The notes: generated by a model not told the origin, from the letters alone. Positions 25,070-34,917 are shown, counted from the first letter of the stretch. The stretch: DNA of 64,000 nt from an uncultured Ruminococcus sp. (GCA_902802105.1 CADCKR010000013.1:892-64891), one strand, 5' to 3'. A program made the numbers and translations.

Positions 25070-26290
25070 TTATTTATCATTCAGCTTTATTTCATTGAAG
25101 ATATGTCCCATGCGCTCTTTTTTGGTGCGCAGATAGAAGCCGTCGTATTCGCCGGGAGCTATCTCTATCGGGACACGCTCCTTTATGGTAAAGTCGAACC
25201 CTTCAAGACCGTATATCTTGCTTGGGTTGTTTGTCATCAGCCTGAGCGACTTGACGCCAAGCTGCTGAAGTATCTGTGCGCCGTTCCAGTATTCTCTCAG
25301 GTCGGGTGCAAAACCAAGACGTATATTTGCATCTACTGTGTCAAGCCCCTGCTCCTGCAGCTCGTATGCCTTGAGCTTGTTGATAAGTCCGATGCCGCGG
25401 CCCTCCTGACGCATATACAGTATTATGCCGCGCCCCTCCTTCTGTACCATCCTCATTGCAGTATGGAGCTGTTCGCCGCAGTCACAGCGGGCCGAACCGA
25501 AAACATCTCCCGTCAGGCATTCCGAATGCACCCTGCAAAGAATATCCTCGCCGCTGCCGATATCTCCGCAAACCAGAGCTATATGGTGTTCGCCCGTAAT
25601 ATCGTTTACAAAGCCAAGTATCCTGAATTCACCGTAGATCGTAGGCAGCTTTGCCGATGCCTGCTGTATCATGTGGTTCTCGTGGCGTCTGATATAGTCC
25701 TGAATGTCCTTTATTGTAATAAAGCAAAGACCATGCTCTCTTGCAAGCTCCCAAAGCTCCGGAGTGCGCATCATCGTACCGTCATCACGCATTATCTCAC
25801 AGCAGAGCCCGCATTCTTCAAGACCGGCAAGCCTGCACAGATCGACAGTTGCTTCCGTATGCCCGTTCCTGACAAGGACACCGCCCTTTCTTGCAGTGAG
25901 CGGGAACACATGACCGGGACGTCTCAGATCCTCCGGCCTTGTGCTTTTGTCTGCGCAGGCACGGCAGGTATAGCCGCGCTCGGCAGCTGAGATGCCTGTT
26001 GTGGTATTAACATGGTCGATGGATACAGTGAACGCCGTACAGTGGTTGTCGGTGTTTTCGCTTACCATCTGCGGAAGGTTCAGCCGTCTTGCAATATCCG
26101 CCGACATAGGCGTACAGATAAGTCCGCGGCCGTATTTTGCCATAAAATTCACGTTTTCGGTAGTGGCAAACTGTGCCGCACAGATAAGATCCCCTTCATT
26201 CTCCCTGTCAGGATCGTCTGTGCAAAGTATCAGCCTGCCGTTTTTCAGTGCTTCGATCGCTTCCTCAATAGTGTTGTATTTATATTCCAT
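25070..26290 (-). CDS. ribBA: bifunctional 3,4-dihydroxy-2-butanone-4-phosphate synthase / GTP cyclohydrolase II
   Basis: [12 protein letters not shown] (DHBPS) and [19 protein letters not shown] (GCH II) motifs. Confidence 0.95.
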   Translation of the reverse strand: MEYKYNTIEEAIEALKNGRLILCTDDPDRENEGDLICAAQFATTENVNFMAKYGRGLICTPMSADIARRLNLPQMVSENTDNHCTAFTVSIDHVNTTTGISAAERGYTCRACADKSTRPEDLRRPGHVFPLTARKGGVLVRNGHTEATVDLCRLAGLEECGLCCEIMRDDGTMMRTPELWELAREHGLCFITIKDIQDYIRRHENHMIQQASAKLPTIYGEFRILGFVNDITGEHHIALVCGDIGSGEDILCRVHSECLTGDVFGSARCDCGEQLHTAMRMVQKEGRGIILYMRQEGRGIGLINKLKAYELQEQGLDTVDANIRLGFAPDLREYWNGAQILQQLGVKSLRLMTNNPSKIYGLEGFDFTIKERVPIEIAPGEYDGFYLRTKKERMGHIFNEIKLNDK

Positions 26291-26317
26291 TGGTTTGCTT
26301 TCCTCCTTTTATCCTTC

Positions 26318-26968
26318 TCACATAAAACCGTTCCGTACAAGAAAGGCTTCGTCTATGCGGCTTTCGGCATGAGCTTTTTCCTCCGGATGCATAAGCCGCT
26401 GAACATACTTGCCGATAATATCGTTTTCAAGGTTGACCTTATCTCCGGGACGCTTTGTAAGCAGAGTAGTCTGCCCTCCCGTGTGAGGGATTATCGACAC
26501 TGCAAAACAGCCGCTTTCAAGCCGCGCAACAGTCAGGCTTATTCCGTCAATGGCTATTGAGCCCTTTTCAACGATGAGTGAAAGTATCCGAGTGTCTGCG
26601 CTTACCGTTACCCACACTGCGTTCTGCTCACGCTTCATGGAGATCACTGTGCCTGTGCCGTCGATATGCCCCGAAACTATATGCCCGCCAAAGCGCCCCT
26701 CAGCCGGCATAGCGCGCTCAAGATTTACCCTGTCGCCGTTTTTAAGAAGTCCAAGGTTTGAGCGCCGGAGTGTTTCTGGCATGACGTCTGCGGTAAAGCT
26801 GTCTGATGTCATATCTGTAACTGTAAGGCACACACCGTTCACGGCGATGGAATCACCTGTTTTTGTTCCGTCAAGCACAGTCCGGGCAGAAATGCAGAGC
26901 CTTCCGGAGGCTGCGCCGGAAATGACTGTCTTAATGCTGCCGACTTCTTCAATTATCCCCGTGAACAT
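26318..26968 (-). CDS. ribE: riboflavin synthase alpha chain
   Basis: ORF 26318-27052; MFTGIIEEVG start at 26968 with AAAGGGG RBS; duplicated GDSIAVNGVCLTV / GSIAIDGISLTV. Confidence 0.9.
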   Translation of the reverse strand: MFTGIIEEVGSIKTVISGAASGRLCISARTVLDGTKTGDSIAVNGVCLTVTDMTSDSFTADVMPETLRRSNLGLLKNGDRVNLERAMPAEGRFGGHIVSGHIDGTGTVISMKREQNAVWVTVSADTRILSLIVEKGSIAIDGISLTVARLESGCFAVSIIPHTGGQTTLLTKRPGDKVNLENDIIGKYVQRLMHPEEKAHAESRIDEAFLVRNGFM

Positions 26969-28064
26969 CGCACATACCCCTTTCAATATCATATTCGAGC
27001 AGGATATCGTCACCGAGCACGGTAATTCTGCGGTTTGTAAGCAGCGCGGCATTGTCCGGAGAGTCGGCGCCCTGACCGCCTATGGGAGTTTTTGCTGTTT
27101 TTCCGCCCATCAGCTTTGGCGCAATGTAAGCGCAGACATGGTTTACCGCTCCGCTTTTAAGCGCAGCTTCGTTTATCTCTCCGCCGCCTTCTATCAGCAC
27201 GCTTGATATCTGCCTTTTTGCAAGGTACCTCATAAGCTCATAAAGGTCTGTGCGGCCGTCCCTTGCAGGCAGAACAACGACTTCTGCGCCCATCTCTTCA
27301 AGAGCTGCTTTTTTCTGCGGATCGAAGCTTGTGCAGGCGATAAGCAGAGGATATTCCTTTGCCGTTCTGCAAAGCCTGCTGTCTGCCGATATTCTTAAAT
27401 GTGAATCCGCAACTACTCTGAGCGGCTGGTGTGCATTTTCGAGTCGGCAGTTCAGCATAGGGTCATCCGCAATAACTGTACCGATACCCGCAAGGACTGC
27501 GCTGTATGAGCCCCTGAGCGAATGGACGTGTTCTCTTGCAGTCCTGCCGGTTATCCACTGCGATCTGCCTGTATAGGCGGCTATTTTACCGTCAAGCGTC
27601 ATTGCATATTTTATTGTCACATAGGGCATACCTGTTGTGATGTAATGGAAAAACACAGGATTAAGCCTGTCACACTCATCCTTCATAAAGTCTTCTATGA
27701 CTTCAATGCCGTGCTCACGGAGAATTTTTGCGCCCTTGCCGGATACAAGCGGGTTCGGGTCACGCGAGCCGATATATACTTGCGATATTTTGTTTTCAAT
27801 TATAGCTTCAGTACACGGCGGCGTTCTGCCGTAGTGACAGCAAGGTTCAAGAGTAACGTACATCTCCGCACCCTCGGCGCTTTCTTTAAGAGAAGCAAAT
27901 GCGTTTCTTTCGGCATGGAGCTCACCGCATTTTCTGTGATAGCCCTCGCCGATTATTCTGCCGTCCCTGACAATTACTGCGCCGACCATCGGGTTTGGCG
28001 CCGCGAAGCCTCTCCCCTTTTGTGCAAGCTCTATTGCCCTGAGCATATAGTCAATACTGTTCAT
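26949..28064 (-). CDS. ribD: bifunctional riboflavin-biosynthesis deaminase/reductase
   Basis: ORF to 28085; ATG 28064 after GGGGTGA; HAE..PCxxC deaminase site (HAERNAF, TLEPCCHYGRTPPC) plus reductase domain. Confidence 0.9.
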   Translation of the reverse strand: MNSIDYMLRAIELAQKGRGFAAPNPMVGAVIVRDGRIIGEGYHRKCGELHAERNAFASLKESAEGAEMYVTLEPCCHYGRTPPCTEAIIENKISQVYIGSRDPNPLVSGKGAKILREHGIEVIEDFMKDECDRLNPVFFHYITTGMPYVTIKYAMTLDGKIAAYTGRSQWITGRTAREHVHSLRGSYSAVLAGIGTVIADDPMLNCRLENAHQPLRVVADSHLRISADSRLCRTAKEYPLLIACTSFDPQKKAALEEMGAEVVVLPARDGRTDLYELMRYLAKRQISSVLIEGGGEINEAALKSGAVNHVCAYIAPKLMGGKTAKTPIGGQGADSPDNAALLTNRRITVLGDDILLEYDIERGMCDVHGDN

Positions 28065-28101
28065 TTGTTTTTCACCCCATATCAATGGTCAGTGTGTATT
28101 A

Positions 28102-28129
28102 ATTATAACTCATAACTACGATTAAGTAA
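28102..28129 (-). promoter_or_regulatory. candidate rib operon promoter (short leader)
   Basis: Minus strand TTACTT (28129-28124), 16-nt spacer, TATAAT (28107-28102); ~35 nt to the ribD ATG. Confidence 0.45.
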
Positions 28130-28180
28130 ATATTTATCTTTACATATTTTCTTGTTTAATTTTCAAAGTAAACACCGCAT

Positions 28181-28233
28181 AAAAAATAAATCAGCGTATG
28201 TTAACGATAATTTCGCCAAAACACGCTGATTTA
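28181..28233 (-). terminator. rho-independent terminator downstream of the 557-aa gene
   Basis: Minus strand AAAUCAGCGU..ACGCUGAUUU stem followed by AUUUUUU. Confidence 0.7.
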
Positions 28234-28366
28234 TGCAGCTCTCTGAAAACCTGACACAAGTGCGCCTGCGTCCGCCGATTTATAGCAGGCGCGAAAAAAC
28301 CATAAGCAAAATGCACTTGAAGAAGATTTTCAGAGGTCTCCTTATATTCTTCTGCGGAAATAATTG

Positions 28367-30040
28367 TCAGTTCGGCGCAGGCTCTGCGCAATTAGTAAAG
28401 GTATAATCCCCGTCTATGGTTATGACCTTGGTGCCGCCCATAAAGTAATTCCGCCCATCTGTCGAATTGAACAGAACAGGCTCATCAGGTATTTTTTCAA
28501 GAGATGAGCCGCTGACTTTAACGCTGATCGAAGGCACAGCATCGCAGTAGCCGGTATTTGTTTCAGTAATGAACATTACCGGCTGGTCGTGCTCATAAGG
28601 TAATTTTTCTATTGAAAACGTAAGCTTTAAGTCGCCGCTTTTCAGCCTGCGTATGCGCATGACCATACGGCGGTATTTGTGAAGATGATGGTAGAGCATT
28701 GAGTTTATACATATTTTAGCCGTTTTGCTTTTTGGCGGCAGTATGCCAAGCTCAAACATTTTGTCGATCTCGGCCTGAATATCATCTGCAAGCTTGTCAT
28801 CACCATCATTGCAGAACTCTCTGCGCTTTCTGACGGCAAGCCTTGCCTGAAGAAAGCTTTCGTATGCAAGGGTGGCGCTGTGATAGCCGAATTTTCCGGA
28901 GCGCATACATCTGCCTTTGTAAAATGCTGCGTCTGCAAACTTGCAGTTGTAATCACCGATAAGAAAACGCTGCTCACAGATAGAATATACCTCCTCAACG
29001 ATCCTCCACGCCGTATCGGTGTTTTTGGGCACACCCAGGCCTAAAGCAAACATTCGTGCAATGATAACCATCGCACGAAGTATACCGCCTGATGCGGCTA
29101 TGCTCAGATAGCGGAAGGCCTCCTCATATTCGGGCATTCCGTCCGCATGATCACCCGAAAAGCACAGCTCTCCAAGCCAAAGTGCGTAATTCGGTTCGCC
29201 TGCCATATCAAACAGCCTTTTGATAAGCCTGTAAGCCTCAGCCGGATCACGCTCGAATATTATGCTGCCATTGCAGCAGCCCTCTCCCTTTATCTTCAAA
29301 GCAAGCTTGTTATCATTACTTATCAGATCATTGACAAATCGGCGGTAGAGGTTTCTTGTCGTATCGTCGGCAGTATTAAGGTTTCCCTTGCCGTTTGAAG
29401 AATCGTAGTAAAGAAGGAATTCCTCTTTCTCCTGATTTTTATAGTTCCTTTCGCTTACCGGCTTTTTCTCGTCTTCAAGATAAGAATTTATTTCACGTAT
29501 AAGGGATGCAGCTGCGCTGCGCAGCGGTATTGATCTGCTGAAAATATCCTCGATAACCCTCAGCATACCCGCCAACTTACGCGCTCTGTTAGGAAGCCCT
29601 GGAAGTACATCTATATAATCCGGCGTCTGCTCTTCAAGAAAATCATCAAGATATATGCAGTAATGACTGTAAAGCGGCTCAAACCATTCGTTATAAAGTG
29701 TGGTGTTGTCAGCGTCGGATAAGCGTATATTATGAAGAGCTGCGGAAAGGTCATTCAGAGTCAGTGTGAACGGCTCACTAAAAACTACACGGACGATATC
29801 CGGAGCGCCTCCGGTAACTCCGGACCATGATATCTCATACCTGCAAAGCTTTGTGATCTGCTGTTTATCAAGAGTTACGGGCGGAACGTATGTAAGACGC
29901 GAAATAGCGATCTTTCTTATTTCGCAGGTGCTTATTTCATATACCATTGCATATTTTTTCCCTATGCTTTTTACCAGACCATAGTGCACCTTGCCCTGAC
30001 CTTCAAAGCGGACTGTATCATCATCCTGAAGTATATGCAT
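28367..30040 (-). CDS. hypothetical 557-aa protein with Sel1/TPR-like repeats
   Basis: Central region YEEAFRYLSIAASGGILRAMVIIARMFALGLGVPKNTDTAWRIVEE resembles Sel1 repeats; the N- and C-terminal domains are unrecognised. Confidence 0.7.
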   Translation of the reverse strand: MHILQDDDTVRFEGQGKVHYGLVKSIGKKYAMVYEISTCEIRKIAISRLTYVPPVTLDKQQITKLCRYEISWSGVTGGAPDIVRVVFSEPFTLTLNDLSAALHNIRLSDADNTTLYNEWFEPLYSHYCIYLDDFLEEQTPDYIDVLPGLPNRARKLAGMLRVIEDIFSRSIPLRSAAASLIREINSYLEDEKKPVSERNYKNQEKEEFLLYYDSSNGKGNLNTADDTTRNLYRRFVNDLISNDNKLALKIKGEGCCNGSIIFERDPAEAYRLIKRLFDMAGEPNYALWLGELCFSGDHADGMPEYEEAFRYLSIAASGGILRAMVIIARMFALGLGVPKNTDTAWRIVEEVYSICEQRFLIGDYNCKFADAAFYKGRCMRSGKFGYHSATLAYESFLQARLAVRKRREFCNDGDDKLADDIQAEIDKMFELGILPPKSKTAKICINSMLYHHLHKYRRMVMRIRRLKSGDLKLTFSIEKLPYEHDQPVMFITETNTGYCDAVPSISVKVSGSSLEKIPDEPVLFNSTDGRNYFMGGTKVITIDGDYTFTNCAEPAPN

Positions 30041-30157
30041 AAGTTTGACACTCTCCTCACTCTTTTTTCTTTCAAGGCCATTCCTTTATGTTGCTATTTT
30101 ATCACATACCATCAAACAATGTCAATATTGATTACGCATATCGCAGAATATTATCAC

Positions 30158-30180
30158 CCGGCGCAGAGCCTGCGCTCCCG
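30158..30180. repeat. REP-like palindrome CCGGCGCAGAGCCTGCGCTCCCG (copy 1 of 3)
   Basis: Identical 23-mer at 43592-43614; core GCGGCGCAGAGCCTGCGCC at 63222-63240; GCGCAG-AGC-CTGCGC hairpin. Confidence 0.85.
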
Positions 30181-30253
30181 ACTCCGCTCCCGGCGGCAAG
30201 CAGCCGCCTCCTGACGATGACAGATAGATCAATTTTTAAAATTCAGCGGTTTT

Positions 30254-30303
30254 TGAAAATGGGTTCCCCCGTGTAACCTGCCGGAGCAAAATTGATTTCC
30301 GTG
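30254..30303. repeat. intergenic repeat block shared with 15552-15597
   Basis: Shared blocks TGAAAAT, CCCCCG, CTGCCG and a 16-nt identity AAAATTGATTTCCGTG. Confidence 0.7.
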
Positions 30304-30321
30304 TAACAATGACTTTTTTCC

Positions 30322-30350
30322 TTGACAACATAAAGATATGTTGATAAAAT
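30322..30350 (+). promoter_or_regulatory. promoter for the Lrp/AsnC-aminotransferase pair
   Basis: TTGACA (30322-30327), 17-nt spacer, TAAAAT (30345-30350). Confidence 0.6.
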
Positions 30351-30421
30351 TATAGGTAAGGTTTTCAAAATCGCAGTATATTCAGACATCTAATTTTGAA
30401 ATTTTGAAAGGATGAAGGCAA

Positions 30422-30907
30422 ATGAATAAGCTTTTGGACATTCTGAGCAGAAACGCAGATTTTACCACCGAACAGCTCGCAGCAATGCTCGGTCAGACCG
30501 AGGATGAAGTCAAAAAACAGATACAGGCTTATAAGGATCAGGGCATTATCAAGGGCAGCAACACTCTTATCAACTGGGATAAGGTACCGGGCGCCGGTGT
30601 TATGGCAATAATTGAGCTTAAAGTTACACCTAAGCCGGAAACAGGGTTTGACGATATCGCAAAGATAGTTATGTCTTTTGAAAATGTTGAAAGCGTATAT
30701 CTTGCCGCCTCTTCACGCTATGACCTTATCGCTACCGTAAGGGGCGAAACCATACAGGACGTCGCTGAGTTCGTATCAAAACGGCTTTCTACACTTGATA
30801 ATGTCATCGGTACGGCAACAAGCTTTATCCTTACTCACTACAAGTCGGGCGGCGTTCCCTTCTGTGACAGCGACGAAGAAGAAGAGCAAAGGAGTATGAT
30901 ACTGTGA
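30422..30907 (+). CDS. Lrp/AsnC-family transcriptional regulator
   Basis: N-terminal wHTH (LDILSRNADFTTEQLAAMLGQTEDEV) plus a C-terminal RAM/ACT-like domain; 161 aa. Confidence 0.85.
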   Translation: MNKLLDILSRNADFTTEQLAAMLGQTEDEVKKQIQAYKDQGIIKGSNTLINWDKVPGAGVMAIIELKVTPKPETGFDDIAKIVMSFENVESVYLAASSRYDLIATVRGETIQDVAEFVSKRLSTLDNVIGTATSFILTHYKSGGVPFCDSDEEEEQRSMIL

Positions 30908-32091
30908 TAGATTATTCTAAACTTATGAACAGCAAGCTCTGCGGTATCAAGCCTTCAGGAATAAGAAAGTTTTTTGATATCGCCAACGAAATGGATCATG
31001 TCATTTCGCTGAGCATCGGTGAGCCGGACTTTACTACCCCTTGGCACGTCCGCCAGGAGGGCATCGAGGCTCTCAGGCGCGGTCATACCTGGTATTCTCC
31101 CAACAGCGGATTTATCGAGCTGCGCAAGCAGATATCCGGGTATTATGCACGCCGATTCAATGTTGAATATAACCCCGACCATGAGGTGCTGGTAACTGTA
31201 GGCGGCTCTGAGGCTATCGACCTCTGCATTCGTGCTGTCGTTGAAGAGGGCGATGAGGTGCTTATCCCGCAGCCCGCTTTTGTGTGCTACGAGCCTATGA
31301 CTGTAATGAGCGGCGGCAAGCCTGTCATTATCCGCACAAAGTCCGAAAACGAGTTCCGTCTTACAGCGGCAGAGCTTGAAGCAGCCATCACACCAAAAAC
31401 AAAGCTGCTCATTCTGCCTTTTCCGAATAACCCTACAGGCGCCGTTATGAGGCGTCAGCACCTTGAAGAGATCGCCAAGGTAATAGAAAAGCATAATATT
31501 CTTGTGCTTTCGGATGAGATCTACGGCGAGCTTACCTACGGCAAGGAAAGACACGTTTCGTTTGCTGATATCAAGGGCATGAAGGAGCGCACTGTTGTAG
31601 TAGGCGGCTTCTCCAAGGCTTATGCTATGACAGGCTGGCGCCTTGGCTATGCTCTTGGCCCGGAGCCCGTTATATCTCAGATGCTTAAACTCCATCAGTA
31701 CATGATAATGAGTGCTCCTACACCGTCACAGTATGCCGCAATAGAAGCTCTCAAGCACGGCGACGCCGATATTGAGCATATGCGTGAGGAGTATGATATC
31801 CGCAGAAGATTCATCGTTGATTCTTTCTGCAGGATGGGTCTTACCTGCTTTGAGCCAGAGGGTGCGTTTTATGTATTCCCGAGCATTCAGATATCAGGTC
31901 TCAGCTCAGAGGAATTCTGCGAAAAGCTGATCTATGCTCAGAAAGTGGCTATCGTACCCGGAAATGCATTCGGAGAATGCGGCGAGGGCTTTGCACGTGT
32001 GTCATATTCCTATTCGCTGAAGCATATTCAGGAGGCTGTTGAGCGTATCGAGCGCTTCTTGTATGAAAGCTGCGGAAAAAGCAGCTCCTGA
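30904..32091 (+). CDS. class I/II PLP-dependent aminotransferase
   Basis: GTG start overlaps the upstream stop; SGIRKFFD, NNPTG, SFSKAYAMTGWRLGY (PLP lysine) motifs. Confidence 0.9.
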   Translation: MIDYSKLMNSKLCGIKPSGIRKFFDIANEMDHVISLSIGEPDFTTPWHVRQEGIEALRRGHTWYSPNSGFIELRKQISGYYARRFNVEYNPDHEVLVTVGGSEAIDLCIRAVVEEGDEVLIPQPAFVCYEPMTVMSGGKPVIIRTKSENEFRLTAAELEAAITPKTKLLILPFPNNPTGAVMRRQHLEEIAKVIEKHNILVLSDEIYGELTYGKERHVSFADIKGMKERTVVVGGFSKAYAMTGWRLGYALGPEPVISQMLKLHQYMIMSAPTPSQYAAIEALKHGDADIEHMREEYDIRRRFIVDSFCRMGLTCFEPEGAFYVFPSIQISGLSSEEFCEKLIYAQKVAIVPGNAFGECGEGFARVSYSYSLKHIQEAVERIERFLYESCGKSSS

Positions 32092-32104
32092 CAGGAGGTA
32101 AGCT

Positions 32105-33004
32105 ATGGAAACAATGGTCAAGGCTCCTGCGAAGCTTAACCTGTTTCTTGATATCACAGGCAGGCGCAGTGACGGATATCACTTTGTCGATATGGTAATG
32201 CAGTCTGTCAGCCTGTATGATGATGTGACTGTCAGCATAGATGAGGGCACGGAAAGCATTACAATAGAATGCAGCGACCCTGCTATACCCTGCGACGAAA
32301 CCAACACCGCATATAAAGCTGTAAAGCTGTTTTATGAGGCTGTCGGGCAGAGCGTTCCGGCAGTAAGGGTGAATATCCTCAAAAGGATCCCGTCTCAGGC
32401 AGGAATGGCAGGAGGCAGCAGTGATGCTGCGGCTGTGCTCAAAGCGCTGAACCTTCTGACAAAAGCATCACTGTCCGATGAGGAGCTTGAAAAAATAGCC
32501 GCCAGCATCGGAGCTGACGTACCGTTCTGCATCAAAGGCGGTACTGTACGTGCAACGGGGATAGGGACCGATCTTGAAGAGCTTCCGCCCATGCCCGATT
32601 GCGTTTTTGTTATTGTAAAGCCTGAGATAAATATATCGACAGGCATGGCATACAGGCGTTCTGACGAGGCAGGCTACGGCAGTCCGGCAGATATTTCGCC
32701 TGTATTGGACGGTCTGCGGTCAGGCGATGCCGGAATGGTGGCCAAGGGGCTTTACAACAAGTTTGAGGACGTTCTTGAACTGCCCGAGGTAGTCAGCATA
32801 AAAGAGCAGCTCATCTCATACGGTGCCCTGGGCGCAGCAATGACAGGCAGCGGTTCGGCTGTGTTCGGCATATTCAGTGCTGATGTGCGGCACAGACCGG
32901 CGCCCCTGACAGACAAGCAGCGTAACCATAAAAATACAAATACCGCATTATTGGACGAGCTGACGCAGAGGTTGGGTGCCGTGACAGCTTTTCCCGAAAA
33001 ATAA
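32105..33004 (+). CDS. ispE: 4-diphosphocytidyl-2-C-methyl-D-erythritol kinase
   Basis: APAKLNLFLDI, GHMP motif PSQAGMAGGSSDAAA, MTGSGSAVFG. Confidence 0.9.
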   Translation: METMVKAPAKLNLFLDITGRRSDGYHFVDMVMQSVSLYDDVTVSIDEGTESITIECSDPAIPCDETNTAYKAVKLFYEAVGQSVPAVRVNILKRIPSQAGMAGGSSDAAAVLKALNLLTKASLSDEELEKIAASIGADVPFCIKGGTVRATGIGTDLEELPPMPDCVFVIVKPEINISTGMAYRRSDEAGYGSPADISPVLDGLRSGDAGMVAKGLYNKFEDVLELPEVVSIKEQLISYGALGAAMTGSGSAVFGIFSADVRHRPAPLTDKQRNHKNTNTALLDELTQRLGAVTAFPEK

Positions 33005-33022
33005 TAAAAAGAGGTAAACACT

Positions 33023-33940
33023 ATGCCAATCAGAATGTTGATAATAGTTCTGTTCATTGCCGCTGTAACAGGCTTTGCCGCCCTGTGCTACTACGGATAT
33101 TCCAAGAAAAAAAAGCCGGCAAAAATCAGCGGTATTATCGGTACTGTCGTTTCGCTGATAGGGCTTATCTGTATCCCGTTCAGCGTCTATACGGTCGATA
33201 CAGGTGAAGTCGCTGTTGTAAAATTCCTTGGTGAAGCCAATAATGTGCGTGAGGCAGGCACTTATTTTGACTTCTGGATAACAAACACCTTTCAGAAATA
33301 TGACGCCAAAACCCAGACGATACAGATATCTACTGCAACATATTCGTCTGACGCCCAGACAATGGATATCCAGATGACTGTGCAGTACAAGATCATGACC
33401 GATAAGGCAATCAAGATCGCCGAACAGTACGGCTCACTTGATGCTCTGCAAAGCAGGATAGAGTCTGTAGCCATAGAAAAAGCGAAGGCCACGCTTTCTG
33501 CTTACAAGGCCATGAACATCATAGCTGACCGTGCTTCAATGTCACCGCTTGTAGAGGAAGCAATAAAGAATGCCATAGACGAGAAGTTCTATGTAAACAT
33601 TCAGACAGTTGCCATGACGAACATTGACTTCTCAGACGCTTTTGAAAAGGCTGTTGAAGACAAGATGATAGCCGAGCAGCAGCAGTTAAAGGCCAACTAT
33701 GAAAACGAGACAAAGATCGCCAAGGCAAAGGCAGACGCAGAGGCGAAGATAGTTCAGGCAGAGGCCGAAGCGAAGTCTAACGATCTGCTTGAAAAGTCAC
33801 TTACCGAAAAGATACTCCGTCAGCTTTATATTGAAAAATGGGACGGCAAGCTGCCGACCACAGTAGCGGGAGATTCGACCAGCATACTGCTTCCGGCAGG
33901 CGGCACAGACACATCAGCCGTAACCGGGCAGACCGCTTGA
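33023..33940 (+). CDS. SPFH/band-7 (prohibitin-like) membrane protein
   Basis: Two N-terminal TM segments, SPFH core, Ala/Glu/Lys coiled coil (AKAKADAEAKIVQAEAEAK). Confidence 0.85.
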   Translation: MPIRMLIIVLFIAAVTGFAALCYYGYSKKKKPAKISGIIGTVVSLIGLICIPFSVYTVDTGEVAVVKFLGEANNVREAGTYFDFWITNTFQKYDAKTQTIQISTATYSSDAQTMDIQMTVQYKIMTDKAIKIAEQYGSLDALQSRIESVAIEKAKATLSAYKAMNIIADRASMSPLVEEAIKNAIDEKFYVNIQTVAMTNIDFSDAFEKAVEDKMIAEQQQLKANYENETKIAKAKADAEAKIVQAEAEAKSNDLLEKSLTEKILRQLYIEKWDGKLPTTVAGDSTSILLPAGGTDTSAVTGQTA

Positions 33941-33980
33941 TCACTTTAGCCGATAGTTTTTCCGCTCAGAATTTTCAGTG

Positions 33981-34020
33981 AAAAGCCGGCGGCAGGGATA
34001 ATCCCTGCCGCCGGTTATTT
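33981..34020. terminator. bidirectional terminator
   Basis: AAAAGCCGGCGGCAGGGA..TCCCTGCCGCCGGTTATTT near-perfect palindrome. Confidence 0.8.
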
Positions 34021-34059
34021 ATATTGCTGAAATATCTATTCAAAAGCCGCACAGCCGAC

Positions 34060-34917
34060 TTATTTGCTTTTCTTCCTGGTTATAATAATACCTATGACGT
34101 AGAATATCACTGCTGCGGCAAAAAGATATATGATGCTTTCAAGTGTAGTGAAGGTGTGGTCAAATGCGCTGAACTCTACACCCATATTCAGCTTGAATTC
34201 CGTAAGGTATTTTTCGGGAACATCCTTGAAGCTTTCGGCCATAGGATCTGCCATAAGTATCTTTCTGAAAAGCGAAGCCGCGTGTGAGATCGGAAAGAAC
34301 TCAATAACATACTGCACGCTCTGGTCTGTGCTGCCGATAGGAAGGTAAATGCCTGTTACAAAGCCGATAAGCGTGCCGATGATCGTGCTTGCCGTAGCGA
34401 ATGCATTCTGACTTGAAAACAGGGATACAACAAGATACATCATAGCCGAACTTGTCAGCACAGAAAGGAGTATCACACCGAGCACCTGTATCAGCTGAAC
34501 TCCCGAAAGAAGCGCATAGCCCTTTATTGCGAACCATATCTCAATTATCGCAAACGCAAAGAGCGACATTATCGTTCCTATGCAGAATGAGCTGAGGATA
34601 TATCCGCCTGCAAGCGAGCCTGACCTAATCGGTGAACAGCGGAAGTCCTTGATTATCTTGCGCGACTTATCGTTTACGATGGCGCCGAATGAGCCGAGAG
34701 TTGTTGAAACCGGAGTGACCGCAAGGATGCCTGCCATTATCCAGCTGTCCATAAGCCTGCCTGCGCCGCTTACCGTGTCGGAAACAGAATTAACGAGCTG
34801 ATCGCCTAAAAACAGGATATAAAGCCCCAGAACTATCAGCACTGCAAGCAGTGAAAAAAACACCGATGATTTATCACGGAAATACACCTTCAGGTTTCTT
34901 TTTGCAAAATTTATCAT
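34060..34917 (-). CDS. ABC-2-type transporter permease
   Basis: 285 aa, ~6 TM segments; start overlaps the stop of the upstream ATPase gene. Confidence 0.8.
   Translation of the reverse strand: MINFAKRNLKVYFRDKSSVFFSLLAVLIVLGLYILFLGDQLVNSVSDTVSGAGRLMDSWIMAGILAVTPVSTTLGSFGAIVNDKSRKIIKDFRCSPIRSGSLAGGYILSSFCIGTIMSLFAFAIIEIWFAIKGYALLSGVQLIQVLGVILLSVLTSSAMMYLVVSLFSSQNAFATASTIIGTLIGFVTGIYLPIGSTDQSVQYVIEFFPISHAASLFRKILMADPMAESFKDVPEKYLTEFKLNMGVEFSAFDHTFTTLESIIYLFAAAVIFYVIGIIITRKKSK

Noticed and set aside
28234-28366. FMN (RFN) riboswitch expected upstream of ribD
   Set aside because: A CGGCGG and a following terminator raised the possibility, but none of the conserved RFN core segments could be aligned by eye. 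The absence is kept as a finding that needs cmsearch confirmation.
28191-28391. 66-aa minus-strand ORF overlapping the end of the 557-aa gene
   Set aside because: It overlaps the stop region and runs through the terminator hairpin. It has no RBS and no recognisable features.
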